Source of the DNA: Terriglobia bacterium
GTDB taxonomy: Bacteria > Acidobacteriota > Terriglobia > 20CM-2-55-15
Length of the DNA: 64,000 bases
NCBI GenBank assembly: GCA_965198225.1
Contig: CBDAOY010000006.1
Span: 800,001 to 864,000 of the forward strand
Reading direction: 5' to 3'
A program made the translations under genes and the position numbers. Positions within the stretch are counted from its first letter, which is position 1, and each line of letters opens with the position of its first letter. Shown in pieces: positions 23,001 through 28,708 of this stretch. Under the pieces are notes generated by a model, which saw only the letters and a list, made by a program, of their open reading frames with translations, was not told the DNA's origin and made no database searches.

Positions 23001-24184
23001 GTACCGATCACTCGGGCGGCATCATGTTCGATGTACACGGTGAAGACAACTTCAGGTTCGTCGTGTTGTCGGCCGAGGACAATGAATTACAGATAGGGCG
23101 CTATTCAGCACTCCAGGGTTGGACCCTAGATCTGGCTACCGAGTTCACGGTCAACAGCGGTGTAGACTACGAGCTAACCGTGTTCCTGAACGATTCGGAC
23201 GTAAGTGTCGCGGTCAACGGGCAGGAAGTCGTGGTCGCTACGTTGAGCTCGATCGTCATCGACGGTGGTTATGGATTGGTCAGTCGTCTCGGGACCAGCG
23301 AGTTCGATGTCATCGCGGTAGCCAGCGATGAGCTCAGCATCGGCGGGAGCGGGGGCGGCTCAGGGGGTGGGGGTGAGGATCCGCCTTCAGGAGGAGACCA
23401 GCAGGCGCCCGCGGTCACCGTGACCTCCGCGAATGGCGGGGAGAACTGGGAGGCGGGATCCACACAGAATATCACCTGGACGGCCACCGACGACGTCGGG
23501 GTGGCGTCGGTGGACATCTATTATTCCACCAACGGAGCTAGCGGTTCGTTCAGCCCGATCGCGTTGGGTGAGGCCAACGACGGGGTCTTCAGCTGGACAG
23601 TGCCCGGCAATCCGACAACGGACGGGTTCATTCGGGTGGTGGCGCACGATGCGGCTGGCAATTCCGGAGAAGACCTGTCGGATCAGGTATTTACGATCAG
23701 CGGTCCGCCGGCTCAAACGCAAACGGTGAGCCTCGAAGTCACCGACGGTTGGGACGAGAAGAATGGGAAGACCCTGGTGGAGGACGGCAAACTGGGTCTC
23801 GTTCAGACCAGTAATAACAACCGGATTGAAGTGGAATCCGGTTTCTACACATCCTTCCAATTCGAGGGCATTGTGCCGGCCGGTGCCACAATCCTGTCGG
23901 TGGTGGTCTATGCCGAGCATTGGGAAGAGAGCGGTATGTCCCAGTCCGATCCAATCCTTTGGGAACTCGGTACCGGAAACCTGGAGAATCCGAACGTTTT
24001 GTCCTCGATGAATCCGGGCCTGTTCATTAACGAAAACAACGAGGGAACGACGTCGTGGGACGTGACGGCCTCGATGGATACAGCGGCGAAGGTGAACGAC
24101 CTTAAGTTCGTCATTCAGAACAACGACCCGGCCGGCAAGAAGACTTTCATAGACCGTGTCTACGTGGAAGTCACCTATGCCTGA
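5078..24184 (+). CDS. 3' part (6368 aa) of the giant calcium-binding RTX-like/adhesin protein: GGxGxD repeats, Calx-beta/Ig-like segments, ~12 x 148-aa tandem repeats, two PKD-like + RTX + beta-sandwich modules, C-terminal Ig-like domains
   Basis: 6368-aa ORF with very many GGxGDDxL/I motifs. PKD-like VDWGDG/IDWGDG...H.Y motifs lie near 20650 and 22075. In frame with the upstream ORF once the MITE is removed. Confidence 0.9.
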   Translation: MALDVDMSMQFFSVQLRVVGAARIVKTGSTGLVLNLGATLSASAFGVSGIFDFSADLRLQLNTRGGTGSDANDLGVPRQTFRVEVTNATLTLLGFITLNGSGFVQFSQGVFSMQVSLSGNFLNLVTMSGSAFFSSEGEFEVILDGGIFLGVTGFNVSGSAHIEVSLLDSNGKSPLGTGTKVLNIAGSATASATIFFIPIGPFTIGFAYNSGTGDITISVGPVPVPGIEWVTVDLGFFGSARIPYPTITFKSFSFTIGRLKLGAPPPPPVLGFVNSGGRLTLNVGPRAVDRNLQEGEIDEGVIIEGVGPLTGGRQTIRVSMFGVTQVFNNVADIMIEDMAAGNDFVEVASSVAVPIEAHLGGGADIFNSAGSGVVTVHGDVGDDRLQGGSAADHLFGGPGSDEFTGRAGADTISGGNDGDRVNWNVGDGNDSINDTGTGGSDQVIVFGTFNPDQMTISGSGAGFTVAVGAETLVVNGVELAELDGGDGGDTFTINNLTSTLSVNLLLGAGAADTVTFNGSAGPEAFDLSTAVASRPVVVGGVPTVSNVNVFRLSELGAATVDVIDASAGDTVTLGGGGGNDVINVRSLRSGLPTTVNGGGGADTINVGTNALGTTSNPSNNSGGNLNKIAALLTVNGNGGGDTLNVDDGVDGAGNTGVLTATAITQLGMGGSITYGTVQTLTIGLGSGGDGFTIQSTHGGTTNLNTNNGADTVHVNSASGILNVVGGNGTDTFNVNATNSSSVSTLNGSGDADTFNVHAMNGQVTVNAGGGSDTVNVGSLAPGTGGNVNAIAGHLTVNGNGSADTLNVDDTGDGAGNTGQLTNTTITGLGMGGSITYGTVETLNIGLGSGGDVFTIQSTHGGTTNLNGNGGADITNIRTISGTTTVGTGAGADTINVGSNAQGNSSDPDNNAGGTLNGIDALLTITGGGSGGDRDSLTVDDTADAAANTGILTSSRLTGLGMGNPDQSVVAATLGISYSQVEDLVISLGTGADTFTINGTHNGATAGTTETTTLNTGAGTDLVHINDVSDTLVVNGEADVDTINVNGTGTGSVSTLNGDAGADIFNVRDMDGRVNVRGGADSDTVNVTDIAPTLPTGARTTQTGSIDEINALLDVDGGTGPLDVMNVDDSRAAAINDKTGTLTATTLRGLELDVGIDYLGLEELNIWLGFGDNTFDINSTHPGETTLNTAEGEDTVNVNNVSGLVTVNTEQQDDTINVRATGLGSTLRINSHEGSDTINLSDLSPTLPGAYPSTLPPAAADSIGNIDAIDGLVVIDGGTEFDTINVDDSGNATAKAGTLTLNTLRGLALPAGVDYTGAEDFNLWFGTGADVLFIDSTHAGTTQVFGGDGNATTNERDDTVAINTIGGVTTIHGQAGNDFIEVNVDAPVLPQDATFGSLDPITGFFVRTHLNGLGAVLNLHGEGDSDQYTLNLAGDGTALVNVHDDGAPNNGADILIVNGADVVAGVTNQPNDTFLLRRDFLALLNESVPGGGFDRVERVNYDQNINARLIVNGLGGDDKIVADDNSSITTLDGGDGNDTFQIGQVFGTPRDAAAGLAPGDTFNTTPVIIGVINDPVTGAVIFDPTSFDPVLDVLPAATIAAINAAIAHQAALGLALDGIAYVSDGVNNATTAFGGDGADVFNVYHNKGTLRLEGEAGNDEFIVRAFVTVDLSPQAETEILAGGGDDTINYAINAPVSLDGGAGFDTVVVLGTPFNDNFVVTRDGIFGAGLNVTFANIESAELDALEGDDTIYILGTSSDFVTRVIGGLGSDTIEVMGDVLRTIVSDDLLGRSGVITHGATSLDDDFNNVGVSGVGVNVLSLGGDSLVSIQPTGEPLRVTEAGTLASYFISLVGPNAGALAANPVYLTVSAGVASSEDRGNGGASILVSVNGGAFTNAVVLTFDGTTASTVFEIEVMAVDDLAAEGRRIALISHSINSDDAAFDDLPLIGIFVDVVDNDKAGLDIRHLQDLAGGVVPDNRTEVLEGGATFGFDDVYSVALTAAPAVGEIVTVALNTDGQVTALSSVTGNSFLVFDHTNWNTPQLVVVTAVEDGLDGIEISTVAHQITGGAVYGGTPSETLKVTVYDDETPGVIVQETDGSTIVVDGGANDSYRVRLTRMPDDVVTLTLRTDTQTLLSTIGGFATTDETGALGFFEYTYQFTAANWYQWVDIEVTANSAFTGTGEKTKAFPPQDQNLDQIGGPLTIEGGVGTGGLRALVEPVLLPNETNAVSQQNPSSTSESGDIDTLNVFHTDNSDGDTGNLFYRTVDAGGRTIANPGLALTGFEMGDDLTVDQGTPGNPQNLYYGGGITLNGFEVVEILLGKGDETLTVADTGDRDEKDPAVTDDPATITAIHGGGGSDIITITGRGNGPLVVYGDTSEDRIRYGNDAPEASVHGTSFANDGDDTIDARLMAEQNDGFVGLVAYGGFGNDTIWGSQDDDHLAGGTSSAAGHDFIDGQAGDDHIYGDSHFNVGLQLFAEDQVQAFDNADPRVADMFRVLVATSGDDNDFGSPDFRESAGADELWGGDGADIIFGDHGVISLAQGTRRLTTTASVERIETAQPTFGGDDTLYGHSNDPAGPVDDAAGDRIFGGQAADYIDAGQGNNVVLGDHGFVDLGEADSHIDRIESTQTTFAGGVDTILTGSGNDIVIGGRFGDTITVADGTNVVLGDAGFLQYQNGGPLLGEVSSIYLDGAGAFIQGGDDTISVGVGANTGDDIVIAGLGDDNVTIGNGNNVVFGDDGSVTFQTGSTLRDRIESRYLDGAGLSALDGAGAVVGNDTIITGVGNDVVIGGLGVDGITVADGNNIVAGDEGFVQYQDQGQTGGTSVLGEVSSSYLDGAGTFVQGGIDTITVGASAGSTGAGSDTVIAGLGDDDVTIGDGDNVVFGDEGGITYQTGSGLRDLITSRYLDAAGFAALDAVEAVVGNDTISTGIGNDVIIGGLGDDGITVADGNNIVAGDEGFVQYQDQGQTGGASVLGEVSSQYLDAAGTFVQGGIDTITVGASAGSTGAGSDTVIAGLGDDNVTIGDGDNIVFGDDGGITYQTGSGLRDLITSRYLDAAGFAALDALEAAVGNDTINTGVGNDVIIAGLGVDGITVADGNNIVVGDEGFIQYQDQGQTGGTSVLGEVSSSYLDLAGTFVQGGIDTITVGASVGSTGAGSDTVIAGLGDDNVTIGDGDNVVFGDEGGITYQTGSGLRDLITSRYLDAAGFAALDAVEAVVGNDTISTGIGNDVIIGGLGVDGITVADGNNIVVGDEGFIQYQDQGDTGGTSVLGEVSSSYLDGAGTFVQGGIDTITVGASAGSTGAGSDTVIAGLGDDDVTIGDGDNIVFGDEGGVTYQTGSGLRDLITSRYLDAAGFAALDALEAAVGNDTISTGVGNDVIIGGLGVDGITVADGNNIVVGDEGFIQYQDQGQTGGASVLGEVSSLFLDAAGTFVQGGIDTITVGASAGSTGAGSDTVIAGLGDDNVTIGDGDNIVLGDDGTITYQTSSGLRDRIESRYLDLAGFAALDAPEAVVGNDTITTGVGDDLIIAGLGDDGITVEDGNNIVLGDEGFVQYQDQGQTGGASVLGEVSSLFLDGAGTFVQGGIDTISVGVGANTGDDVVIAGLGDDNVTIGDGDNVVFGDEGRITYQTGSGLRSRIESQYLDAAGLSPLDAPEAAVGDDTIITGVGNDVIIGGLGVDGITVADGNNIVVGDEGFVQYQDQGQTGGTSVLGEVSSSYLDGAGTFVQGGIDTITVGASVGSIGAGSDTVIAGLGDDNVTIGDGDNVVFGDEGGITYQTGSGLRDLITSRYLDAAGFAALDAVEAVVGNDTISTGIGNDVIIAGLGVDGITVADGNNIVVGDEGFIQYQDQSQTGGTSVLGEVSSLFLDAAGTFVQGGIDTITVGASAGSAGAGSDTVIAGLGDDDVTIGDGDNVVFGDEGGITYQTGSGLRDLITSRYLDAAGFAALDALEAAVGNDTIRTGVGNDVIIAGLGVDGITVADGNNIVVGDEGFIQYQDQGQTGGASVLGEVSSLFLDAAGTFVQGGIDTITVGASAGSTGAGSDTVIAGLGDDDVTIGDGDNIVFGDEGGITYQTGSGLRDLITSRYLDAAGFAALDAPEAVVGNDTITTGVGDDLIIAGLGDDGITVADGNNIVLGDEGFVQYQDQGQTGGASVLGEVSSLFLDGAGTFVQGGIDTISVGVGANTGDDVVIAGLGDDVITIGNGNNIALGDEGRILYQTGSGLRGWIESKYLDNVAGIPARSPHDAPEAEVGDDMITTGVGDDVVIGGLGDDMINVSDGENIVLGDEGEVHYQDQSTNLGEITTRFTDGTGSFVQGGDDTITSGDGRDYILSGSGSDMVTSGEGDDVVLGDGLILFHPGTNVPATVATLWQDDNLVLLPPSDSDIFAGGGDDIVLAGSGNDWVEGGTEDDILIGDEGVVTFDPGRALAGEAVADFIQTVFFTPDGQLIPGGTDVLLGQDGDDTVIGGSFDDLLDGGPDRDLVVGDNVTLDRTGTRLGINTNPRFRTLTGAEIYDPQFDGLADLLIDRANEYGDPNWGGVAPLWGDFVITVHDSRSTWDGGTVLVQDGVNRTYGNEFVAGGPHDDTIFGLRGEDTIQGDGSLFFDTRESVTIDPASLNHDPLALQALLEGGTPLDTPQSFEALDDGDDYIEGGQDDDLIFGNLGQDDIVGGSSDLFGLDTQDQRPDSSDLIFGGAATNIARNDLGDAILVGGQVVNDVNAHSRDADTILGDNGNIYRLLEGTGTAFLTFSYDQTPDEDGSDRGDLRVVVRGTEWITDSVDGRQDYTPGGAEFDAANAQHNIGAADEIHGEAGDDAIHGMVGDDVLFGEGQDDDLIGGYGHDWISGGTGQDGVLGDDGRIYTNRNDGLSEDLYGIDGLGDLDLNLIIFTPDGTHEAEIHREGELRKTAILRPFNVQDKSTFNQDRWYDAINANDIIYGGWGDDFLHGGSGNDGISGAEALPQFYHAPTNSGDALQYGAGEFAAFDESDALSKIQGFFLNFDASETLDGDDRIFGDLGHDWLVGGAGEDNLYGGYGHDLLNVDDDLATNGGANDVADSDLNVDRAYGGASADVLIGNSDSDRLIDWVSTGFDRYFTPDSLIPETITDEGYWRLYFFLYDLSESDGADPARHEIAGAIAKHNGEPEGETGLVRYPTVSSTATMENPALPGDTVHIDGFFADVALSDIAAPLIGTVDWGDGNIENVVLVGRAFYAAHQYDAGGIYEVVVTIVNDDTGAPTAHTTAVVTGASVHDGVLHVVGTNRDDQIQLSADGPQQIKLQADFLSEDKIFSTAGVSRIVVASLAGNDSIQVSNDEDISSWVDGGDGHDQIQVDQGDNVIFGGKGQDQLQAANGDDILVGGLGSDDVDGNDGNDILIGGATMFGVNGPDFMNLDSQEQVVPVSGTTLFGLDREIWETIQAEWLQGIVTLLNEHRVIDDSVHDSLDGQSGSDLIFANSEDSHDAGAGDELITASEWTVESGHYSATPILGVHTVHVLPQDVVPRDSLSINAAINTTHTGGIIFDVHSEDDFKFAVLSVANDEVWVGHYSVHQGWRVGAIASFEGDIDRFYQLSVKTENETLPFKTENATVRVFVDGQETVSYTFSGQVIDGDFGLISRQGTSVFELLTFLSDATDHIRIVTSATMEDKVLPGETVHVDGVFLVDGLVGGFIDWGDGVIEELLISGTTFHAEHAYSHGAVFDVQATLINEDGETITASAVAVVTGSGVNRGVLHVVGTNQADSIQISSDGPNRVKLQADFISGDRIYSIEGIGQISIVTTDGNDQVQVNIDQAIPFMVDAGDGDDQINVDQGDGLVFGGAGDDQITTKDGRDLLIGGLGSDNLTSGKGEDIVIGGTTMYGTDRAIWEAIRAEWVRDDLNYSERVEHIRNGGGLNGAYVLNELRVINDSSDDSMDAKEEKDLFFNNNGDSDDRNSNETRIRDSEWKIDGNRYEGTPILGDQTANVLREIVPAQTWQRISATISTDHSGGIMFDVHGEDNFRFVVLSAEDNELQIGRYSALQGWTLDLATEFTVNSGVDYELTVFLNDSDVSVAVNGQEVVVATLSSIVIDGGYGLVSRLGTSEFDVIAVASDELSIGGSGGGSGGGGEDPPSGGDQQAPAVTVTSANGGENWEAGSTQNITWTATDDVGVASVDIYYSTNGASGSFSPIALGEANDGVFSWTVPGNPTTDGFIRVVAHDAAGNSGEDLSDQVFTISGPPAQTQTVSLEVTDGWDEKNGKTLVEDGKLGLVQTSNNNRIEVESGFYTSFQFEGIVPAGATILSVVVYAEHWEESGMSQSDPILWELGTGNLENPNVLSSMNPGLFINENNEGTTSWDVTASMDTAAKVNDLKFVIQNNDPAGKKTFIDRVYVEVTYA
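13000..18060 (+). repeat. Intragenic tandem array of ~12 units of ~444 nt (148 aa)
   Basis: The QYQDQGQTGG(T/A)SVLGEVSS motif recurs about every 435-444 nt (10 near-identical copies plus divergent first and last units). Boundaries approximate. Confidence 0.9.
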
Positions 24185-24367
24185 GCGGTGTCCGAACTGC
24201 TGACAGCGCGTTGGGTTTGAAACCCCACGCCGGCTCCCCATTTTGGCAGGAAAGTTTTGTGCAGGCCTCCTGAAGCAAAAAATACTGCTGGCCCGACACT
24301 TATTCTCACCCGATAATCCACACTTCCACAGAGTGCATGCGTGCCCAAAGTTTTTCCGGGATAAAGG

Positions 24368-24487
24368 AAAATATTCGTCCGTCTCGCAGATAATGCCGTT
24401 CTTTCCGGCGAGTTTCTTCGCGGTGTGGCTTTTGCCGGTCGCAGGCAGACCGCGCATCAGATAGACGAACTTTTCCGGTGGCTTCAT
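24368..24487 (-). pseudogene. Truncated P-loop kinase (AAA_33 / N4BP2-like polynucleotide kinase N-terminus), 40 codons
   Basis: MKPPEKFVYLMRGLPATGKSHTAKKLAGKNGIICETDEYF contains a Walker A motif (GLPATGKS) and the family-like DEYF. Recognisable similarity ends abruptly at 24368. Confidence 0.6.
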
Positions 24488-24722
24488 CTCTTGACGTTGA
24501 CTCACAGCCGCCGCCGCAAGCCTGCTTCAGTAAAGCCCCTGCTTCACTCGTCACTCCGGGTTCACCGATTCTGACGGAGAAAACCAATCCCGACAAGGAG
24601 CCAACGAGCAAGAAAGCAGCAGCTCGACGCGTGAATACTCCGAGCTCACGGTCGGTTCCGATCCGATGTGCTATGTTAGCAACCTGGAATCTAGCAGTCT
24701 TAAGGGCGCTCTCCAGAGTGGC

Positions 24723-25727
24723 ATGAAAACAAAGAACAAATATCGGTTGGTCTGGCGGGAAGCCAAGATGATTGCGGGCGGTCTGTTCTCGACCGGCCAC
24801 CCCCTGCTGGCCCACATCATTCCGATGCGTCGCTGCAACCTGGCGTGCGCCTACTGCAACGAGTACGACGACTTCTCACCTCCGGTCCCCACCGAGGAAA
24901 TGCTCCGGCGGCTGGACAAGCTCGCGGAACTGGGAACCTCGGTCATCACGATCAGCGGGGGCGAACCGCTCATGCACCCCGAGATCGAGCAGATCATCCA
25001 GCGTATCCGGCGCCACGACATGATCGCGGGCATCATCACGAACGGCTACCTGCTGGTACCGGACAAGATTCGGTCGCTCAACGACGCGGGCCTGGAGTAC
25101 CTTCAAATCAGCATCGACAACGTCGAACCCGACGAGGTGTCGATGAAGAGCCTCAAGGTGCTCGAACGCAAGCTGCAGTACCTGGCGGAGTACGCGGAGT
25201 TCGACGTCAACATCAATTCCGTCATCGGCGGAGGCATCAAGAAACCCGAAGACGCTCTTCACATCACCGAACTCGCGCAGTACCTCGGCTTCTCCACTTC
25301 ACTCGGGATTATCCACGACGGCGAAGGACAGGTGAAGCCGCTCAACAAGAGGGAAGAGCGCGTTTACCGCAAGATTCGAAGCTACGGCACGAGCAGCTAC
25401 GCCCGGCTCGACTGGTTCCAGGAGAACCTTGCCAAGGGAAAGCCGAACGACTGGCATTGCCGCGCGGGAGCGCGCTACCTCTACATCTGCGAGGACGGTC
25501 TCGTTCACTACTGCTCCCAGCAGCGCGGTTATCCCGGCATTCCACTGGCCGACTACACCAGCGAGGACGTGAAGCGGGAGTTCAACACCCGGAAGTCCTG
25601 CGCCCCGGGGTGCACTGTGAGCTGCGTGCAGCGCGTTTCGGTGATCGATCACTGGAGAGCGCCGCAGGACGCCGAAGCTGCCCTGCCGACCGAGATGGAA
25701 AAGGAAGTTCTTCAGCCGGTCGACTGA
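24723..25727 (+). CDS. Radical SAM protein with C-terminal cysteine-rich (SPASM/Twitch-like) domain
   Basis: CNLACAYC (CxxxCxxC) and GGEP motifs. C-terminal CRAG...C...YC...[12 protein letters not shown] at 24723. Confidence 0.9.
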   Translation: MKTKNKYRLVWREAKMIAGGLFSTGHPLLAHIIPMRRCNLACAYCNEYDDFSPPVPTEEMLRRLDKLAELGTSVITISGGEPLMHPEIEQIIQRIRRHDMIAGIITNGYLLVPDKIRSLNDAGLEYLQISIDNVEPDEVSMKSLKVLERKLQYLAEYAEFDVNINSVIGGGIKKPEDALHITELAQYLGFSTSLGIIHDGEGQVKPLNKREERVYRKIRSYGTSSYARLDWFQENLAKGKPNDWHCRAGARYLYICEDGLVHYCSQQRGYPGIPLADYTSEDVKREFNTRKSCAPGCTVSCVQRVSVIDHWRAPQDAEAALPTEMEKEVLQPVD

Positions 25728-25763
25728 TCCCTCCAGAGAGTTCAGACTGACGACATTACGACG

Positions 25764-25952
25764 ATGAACGGAGTCGAGACAGCTCGTGTTCAGTGTCCTT
25801 CATGCGGCGAGACGATCGAGCTGCTGATCGACTGCTCCGTCGAGCGGCAAGCCTACATCGAAGACTGCGAAGTCTGCTGTCGACCCATCAATATTGTTGT
25901 TCTTTCGGGCGACGATGGGTTGCCCGTGGTTCAGGTATCCCGGCCGAATTGA
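25764..25952 (+). CDS. CPXCG-motif cysteine-rich small protein
   Basis: CPSCGE...YIEDCEVCCRP is the family signature. Confidence 0.85.
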   Translation: MNGVETARVQCPSCGETIELLIDCSVERQAYIEDCEVCCRPINIVVLSGDDGLPVVQVSRPN

Positions 25953-25960
25953 GAGCGGTG

Positions 25961-26034
25961 GTGTAGGTGCGCTCTATGAGCGCACAAAGCCCTTGGAACA
26001 ACAATTGTGCGGTCATAATAGACCGCACCTACAC
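25961..26034. repeat. GTAG-type REP doublet (REPIN-like)
   Basis: GTGTAGGTGCGCTCTATGAGCGCAC followed by the inverted partner GTGCGGTCATAATAGACCGCACCTACAC, between convergent genes. Confidence 0.85.
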
Positions 26035-26039
26035 CTTTA

Positions 26040-27527
26040 TTACTGTCCCCGCCTCCGGCCACGCCTTCCGCGCCGGCCACGTCCACCACCCCGGCGAGCA
26101 CGCCGTGGGACGGCGTCCTCCTCCTTCCAGGCGCTAAGCTGGGCCGCCAGCTCCTCGACCTTTTCCCCGTGCTCCGGATCCATAGCCAGGTTGGTGATCT
26201 CGCGCGGGTCCTCCCGGAGGTCGTAAAGCTCGTGCTGCTGTCCGTCGCCGTTGTGGATGAACTTCCAACGCCCATCGAACTGCATCGCGATCCCGCGCCC
26301 CTGTTCACTGTGAACCAGGTTCCGACTCGATTCCATCTCGCCCCGCAGCACGGGGGCGAGGGAGCGGCCCTGAACCGAGTCGGGGGTCTCGAGGCCGAGC
26401 AGGTCCATGAACGTCGGAAACAGGTCGACGTGTTCGGCCAGCGCGTCGCTGTTCCCGGCTTCCAACCGGCCCGGCCAGCTCAGAACCAGCGGTACGTGGA
26501 CCGACTGTTCGAAGAAGTTCGACTTGGACCACAGCCGGTGGTCGTACAGCATTTCTCCATGGTCGGACGTGAAGACAACCAGTGTGTCTTCCCTCAAACC
26601 CAGATGATCCAGAACCGCGAGCACCTGACCGAACAACTCGTCGCAATAGGCAAGGCAACCGTAATAGCCCTGCATGGCGTCGAGAACGACCTCATCGTCG
26701 AGTTTCCTCGCACGGCTCGCACCGTTGGGCCGTTGCCACAGGCTGGGGTGGACGTCGTCCAGGTCGTCATCGGGGTAGCGGGGGATCACCAGGCTCGAAC
26801 GGTCGACTCTGTCCCACTGACGCTGCGGAGGCAGGAACGGGGGGTGCGGTTTGCGGAACGAACACTGGATCAGCCACGGCTCATCGCGATTCTCTTCCAT
26901 GAATGCAATCGTGTGCCGCATGTCATGGAGCTCGGGATGCAATTCTTCGTCGAAGTCAGCCGGACCTCCGATCGGGATCGCCCCGGCGGGAGCCTCTGAA
27001 TCGGGAGTGTTCCCGGCGGCCCCGCGGCCCCGCCGTCCACGCCTCGAACCCCGCGCTCCGCCGCGAGACGGCCGGGAATCGTCGACGACATCCCAGTCCA
27101 GGTCGTTGCGGTCCTGGACGTGGAGCTTCCCGAAACACGCCGTCTTGAAGCCCGCTTTGCGCAGAACCTGGGTGAAGGAGACCTGTTCCCGGTACGGGAG
27201 GTCCTGATTGGTCAGGACTCCGGTGGAGCGACAATATCGGCCGAGCAGAAGCGAGGTGCGCGCGGGGACGCACAGTGGATTCTGGCAGTAGCTCCTCGAG
27301 AACACTACACCTGAGCTTGCCAGCTTGTCGAGGACGGGTGTGACGGCGAAGCGATTCCTGGCGTAGCCAACGCCGTCGAAGCGAAGCTGATCGCACATCA
27401 ACAGCAGGATGTTCGGTGGGCGCGTCTGCGCCTGGCCATGCGCAAAGGGACCAGCGAGTTTAGCGAGCATCCCACCGAGCGATGTGCTTCCGACGGATTT
27501 CAAAAACCGACGTCGTGATGTAGGCAT
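26040..27527 (-). CDS. Tat-exported formylglycine-dependent sulfatase (choline-sulfatase-like)
   Basis: SRRRFLK Tat motif, PNILLLMCDQ, CVPAR (CxPxR), GKLH, SDHG, ELYDL..DP.E..NL. Confidence 0.9.
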   Translation of the reverse strand: MPTSRRRFLKSVGSTSLGGMLAKLAGPFAHGQAQTRPPNILLLMCDQLRFDGVGYARNRFAVTPVLDKLASSGVVFSRSYCQNPLCVPARTSLLLGRYCRSTGVLTNQDLPYREQVSFTQVLRKAGFKTACFGKLHVQDRNDLDWDVVDDSRPSRGGARGSRRGRRGRGAAGNTPDSEAPAGAIPIGGPADFDEELHPELHDMRHTIAFMEENRDEPWLIQCSFRKPHPPFLPPQRQWDRVDRSSLVIPRYPDDDLDDVHPSLWQRPNGASRARKLDDEVVLDAMQGYYGCLAYCDELFGQVLAVLDHLGLREDTLVVFTSDHGEMLYDHRLWSKSNFFEQSVHVPLVLSWPGRLEAGNSDALAEHVDLFPTFMDLLGLETPDSVQGRSLAPVLRGEMESSRNLVHSEQGRGIAMQFDGRWKFIHNGDGQQHELYDLREDPREITNLAMDPEHGEKVEELAAQLSAWKEEDAVPRRARRGGGRGRRGRRGRRRGQ

Positions 27528-27622
27528 GTTTCCTTTCTCGGGACTTGTAAATCTAACTACGGGCGAGAGTTGGCGTCAATGAAACACTCAACTCTGTTAT
27601 CTTTCTGTTGCGGAAGACTGTC

Positions 27623-28657
27623 ATGGACGAACTCAAGCGACTTTTCGAACAGCGGTTCGATTCAACCGTCGAGCGGACAGAGGATCTCCAAGGTCAGCTC
27701 GGTGCTTCGGGACGGAAGATCGTCCGGCTGGCCAACGACAGGTTCAGTGCGGTCGGCATTTTGTATGACGTTCGTGAAGAGAACGTCGCGTTTCTGGAAT
27801 TCTCCAGACACTTTCGCCGCCATGGTCTGCCGGTACCGGAGATCTATGCTGAAGACCTGGACAGGAACGCGTACCTCGAGGAGGACCTCGGCGACACGAC
27901 GCTCTTCGAGTTTCTCCACGAGAATCGGACGGGCCCGAACATCGGCTCCGAAGTACTGGCCGCCTACCGAAGGGTTGCGGCGATGTTGCCGCGCTTTCAG
28001 GTCGAGGCCGGCCGCGATCTGAACTATGCGGTGTGCTATCCGCGGGACAGTTTCGATCGGCAGTCCATTTCCTGGGACTTGAACTACTTCAAGTACTACT
28101 TCCTGAAGCTCTCCGGTGTCCCATTCAGCGAACAGGCGCTGGAAGACGACTTCAACCGCCTCACGGAGTTTCTGCTCGGCGCCGATCGCGATTACTTTCT
28201 CTACCGAGACTTTCAATCCCGCAACGTCATGTTGCGCGACGGGGACCCGTTCTTCGTGGACTACCAAGGCGGCCGCAAGGGGGCGCTGCAGTATGACATC
28301 GCGTCCCTGCTTTACGACGCGAAGGCCGACCTGACACCGGCTGTGCGGGAGCAACTGCTCGAGACCTACCTTGATACGCTTTCAGGTTTCATCGACCTCG
28401 ATCGCGCCGCGTTCATGCGGCACTATTATGCTTATGTCTACGTTCGGATCCTGCAGGCGCTGGGTGCCTACGGCTATCGCGGCTTCTTCGAGCGCAAACC
28501 GCTCTTCCTCCAGAGCGTTCCGTACGCGCTCGGGAACCTGCGCTGGCTGCTCCACAATGTCGAACTCCCGATCGAGCTGCCCGCTTTGGTCGATGCGTTC
28601 AGGCGGATGCTGGGCTCCGAGAAGCTGCAGAACCTCGGTTCGGAAGCCGAAAGCTAG
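27623..28657 (+). CDS. Aminoglycoside phosphotransferase-fold sugar kinase, AmgK-like
   Basis: EDLGD, YRDFQSRNVM, DYQGG and YDIASLLYD motifs. Adjacent to a nucleotidyltransferase. Confidence 0.8.
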   Translation: MDELKRLFEQRFDSTVERTEDLQGQLGASGRKIVRLANDRFSAVGILYDVREENVAFLEFSRHFRRHGLPVPEIYAEDLDRNAYLEEDLGDTTLFEFLHENRTGPNIGSEVLAAYRRVAAMLPRFQVEAGRDLNYAVCYPRDSFDRQSISWDLNYFKYYFLKLSGVPFSEQALEDDFNRLTEFLLGADRDYFLYRDFQSRNVMLRDGDPFFVDYQGGRKGALQYDIASLLYDAKADLTPAVREQLLETYLDTLSGFIDLDRAAFMRHYYAYVYVRILQALGAYGYRGFFERKPLFLQSVPYALGNLRWLLHNVELPIELPALVDAFRRMLGSEKLQNLGSEAES

Positions 28658-28708
28658 GGAGAGCTTGAGAGTGGCCCTTACCCATCTCGGGTCGGAAAGG
28701 TCGGGCGA

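Noticed and set aside
125-23517. Numerous long minus-strand ORFs over the giant gene
   Set aside because: Antisense shadows caused by codon bias and repeats; S/P/T-rich or R/H-rich with no domains.
23387-24367. 372-aa minus-strand ORF overlapping the giant gene's 3' end
   Set aside because: Only the first ~40-46 codons are protein-like; the rest is read-through into non-coding and antisense sequence.
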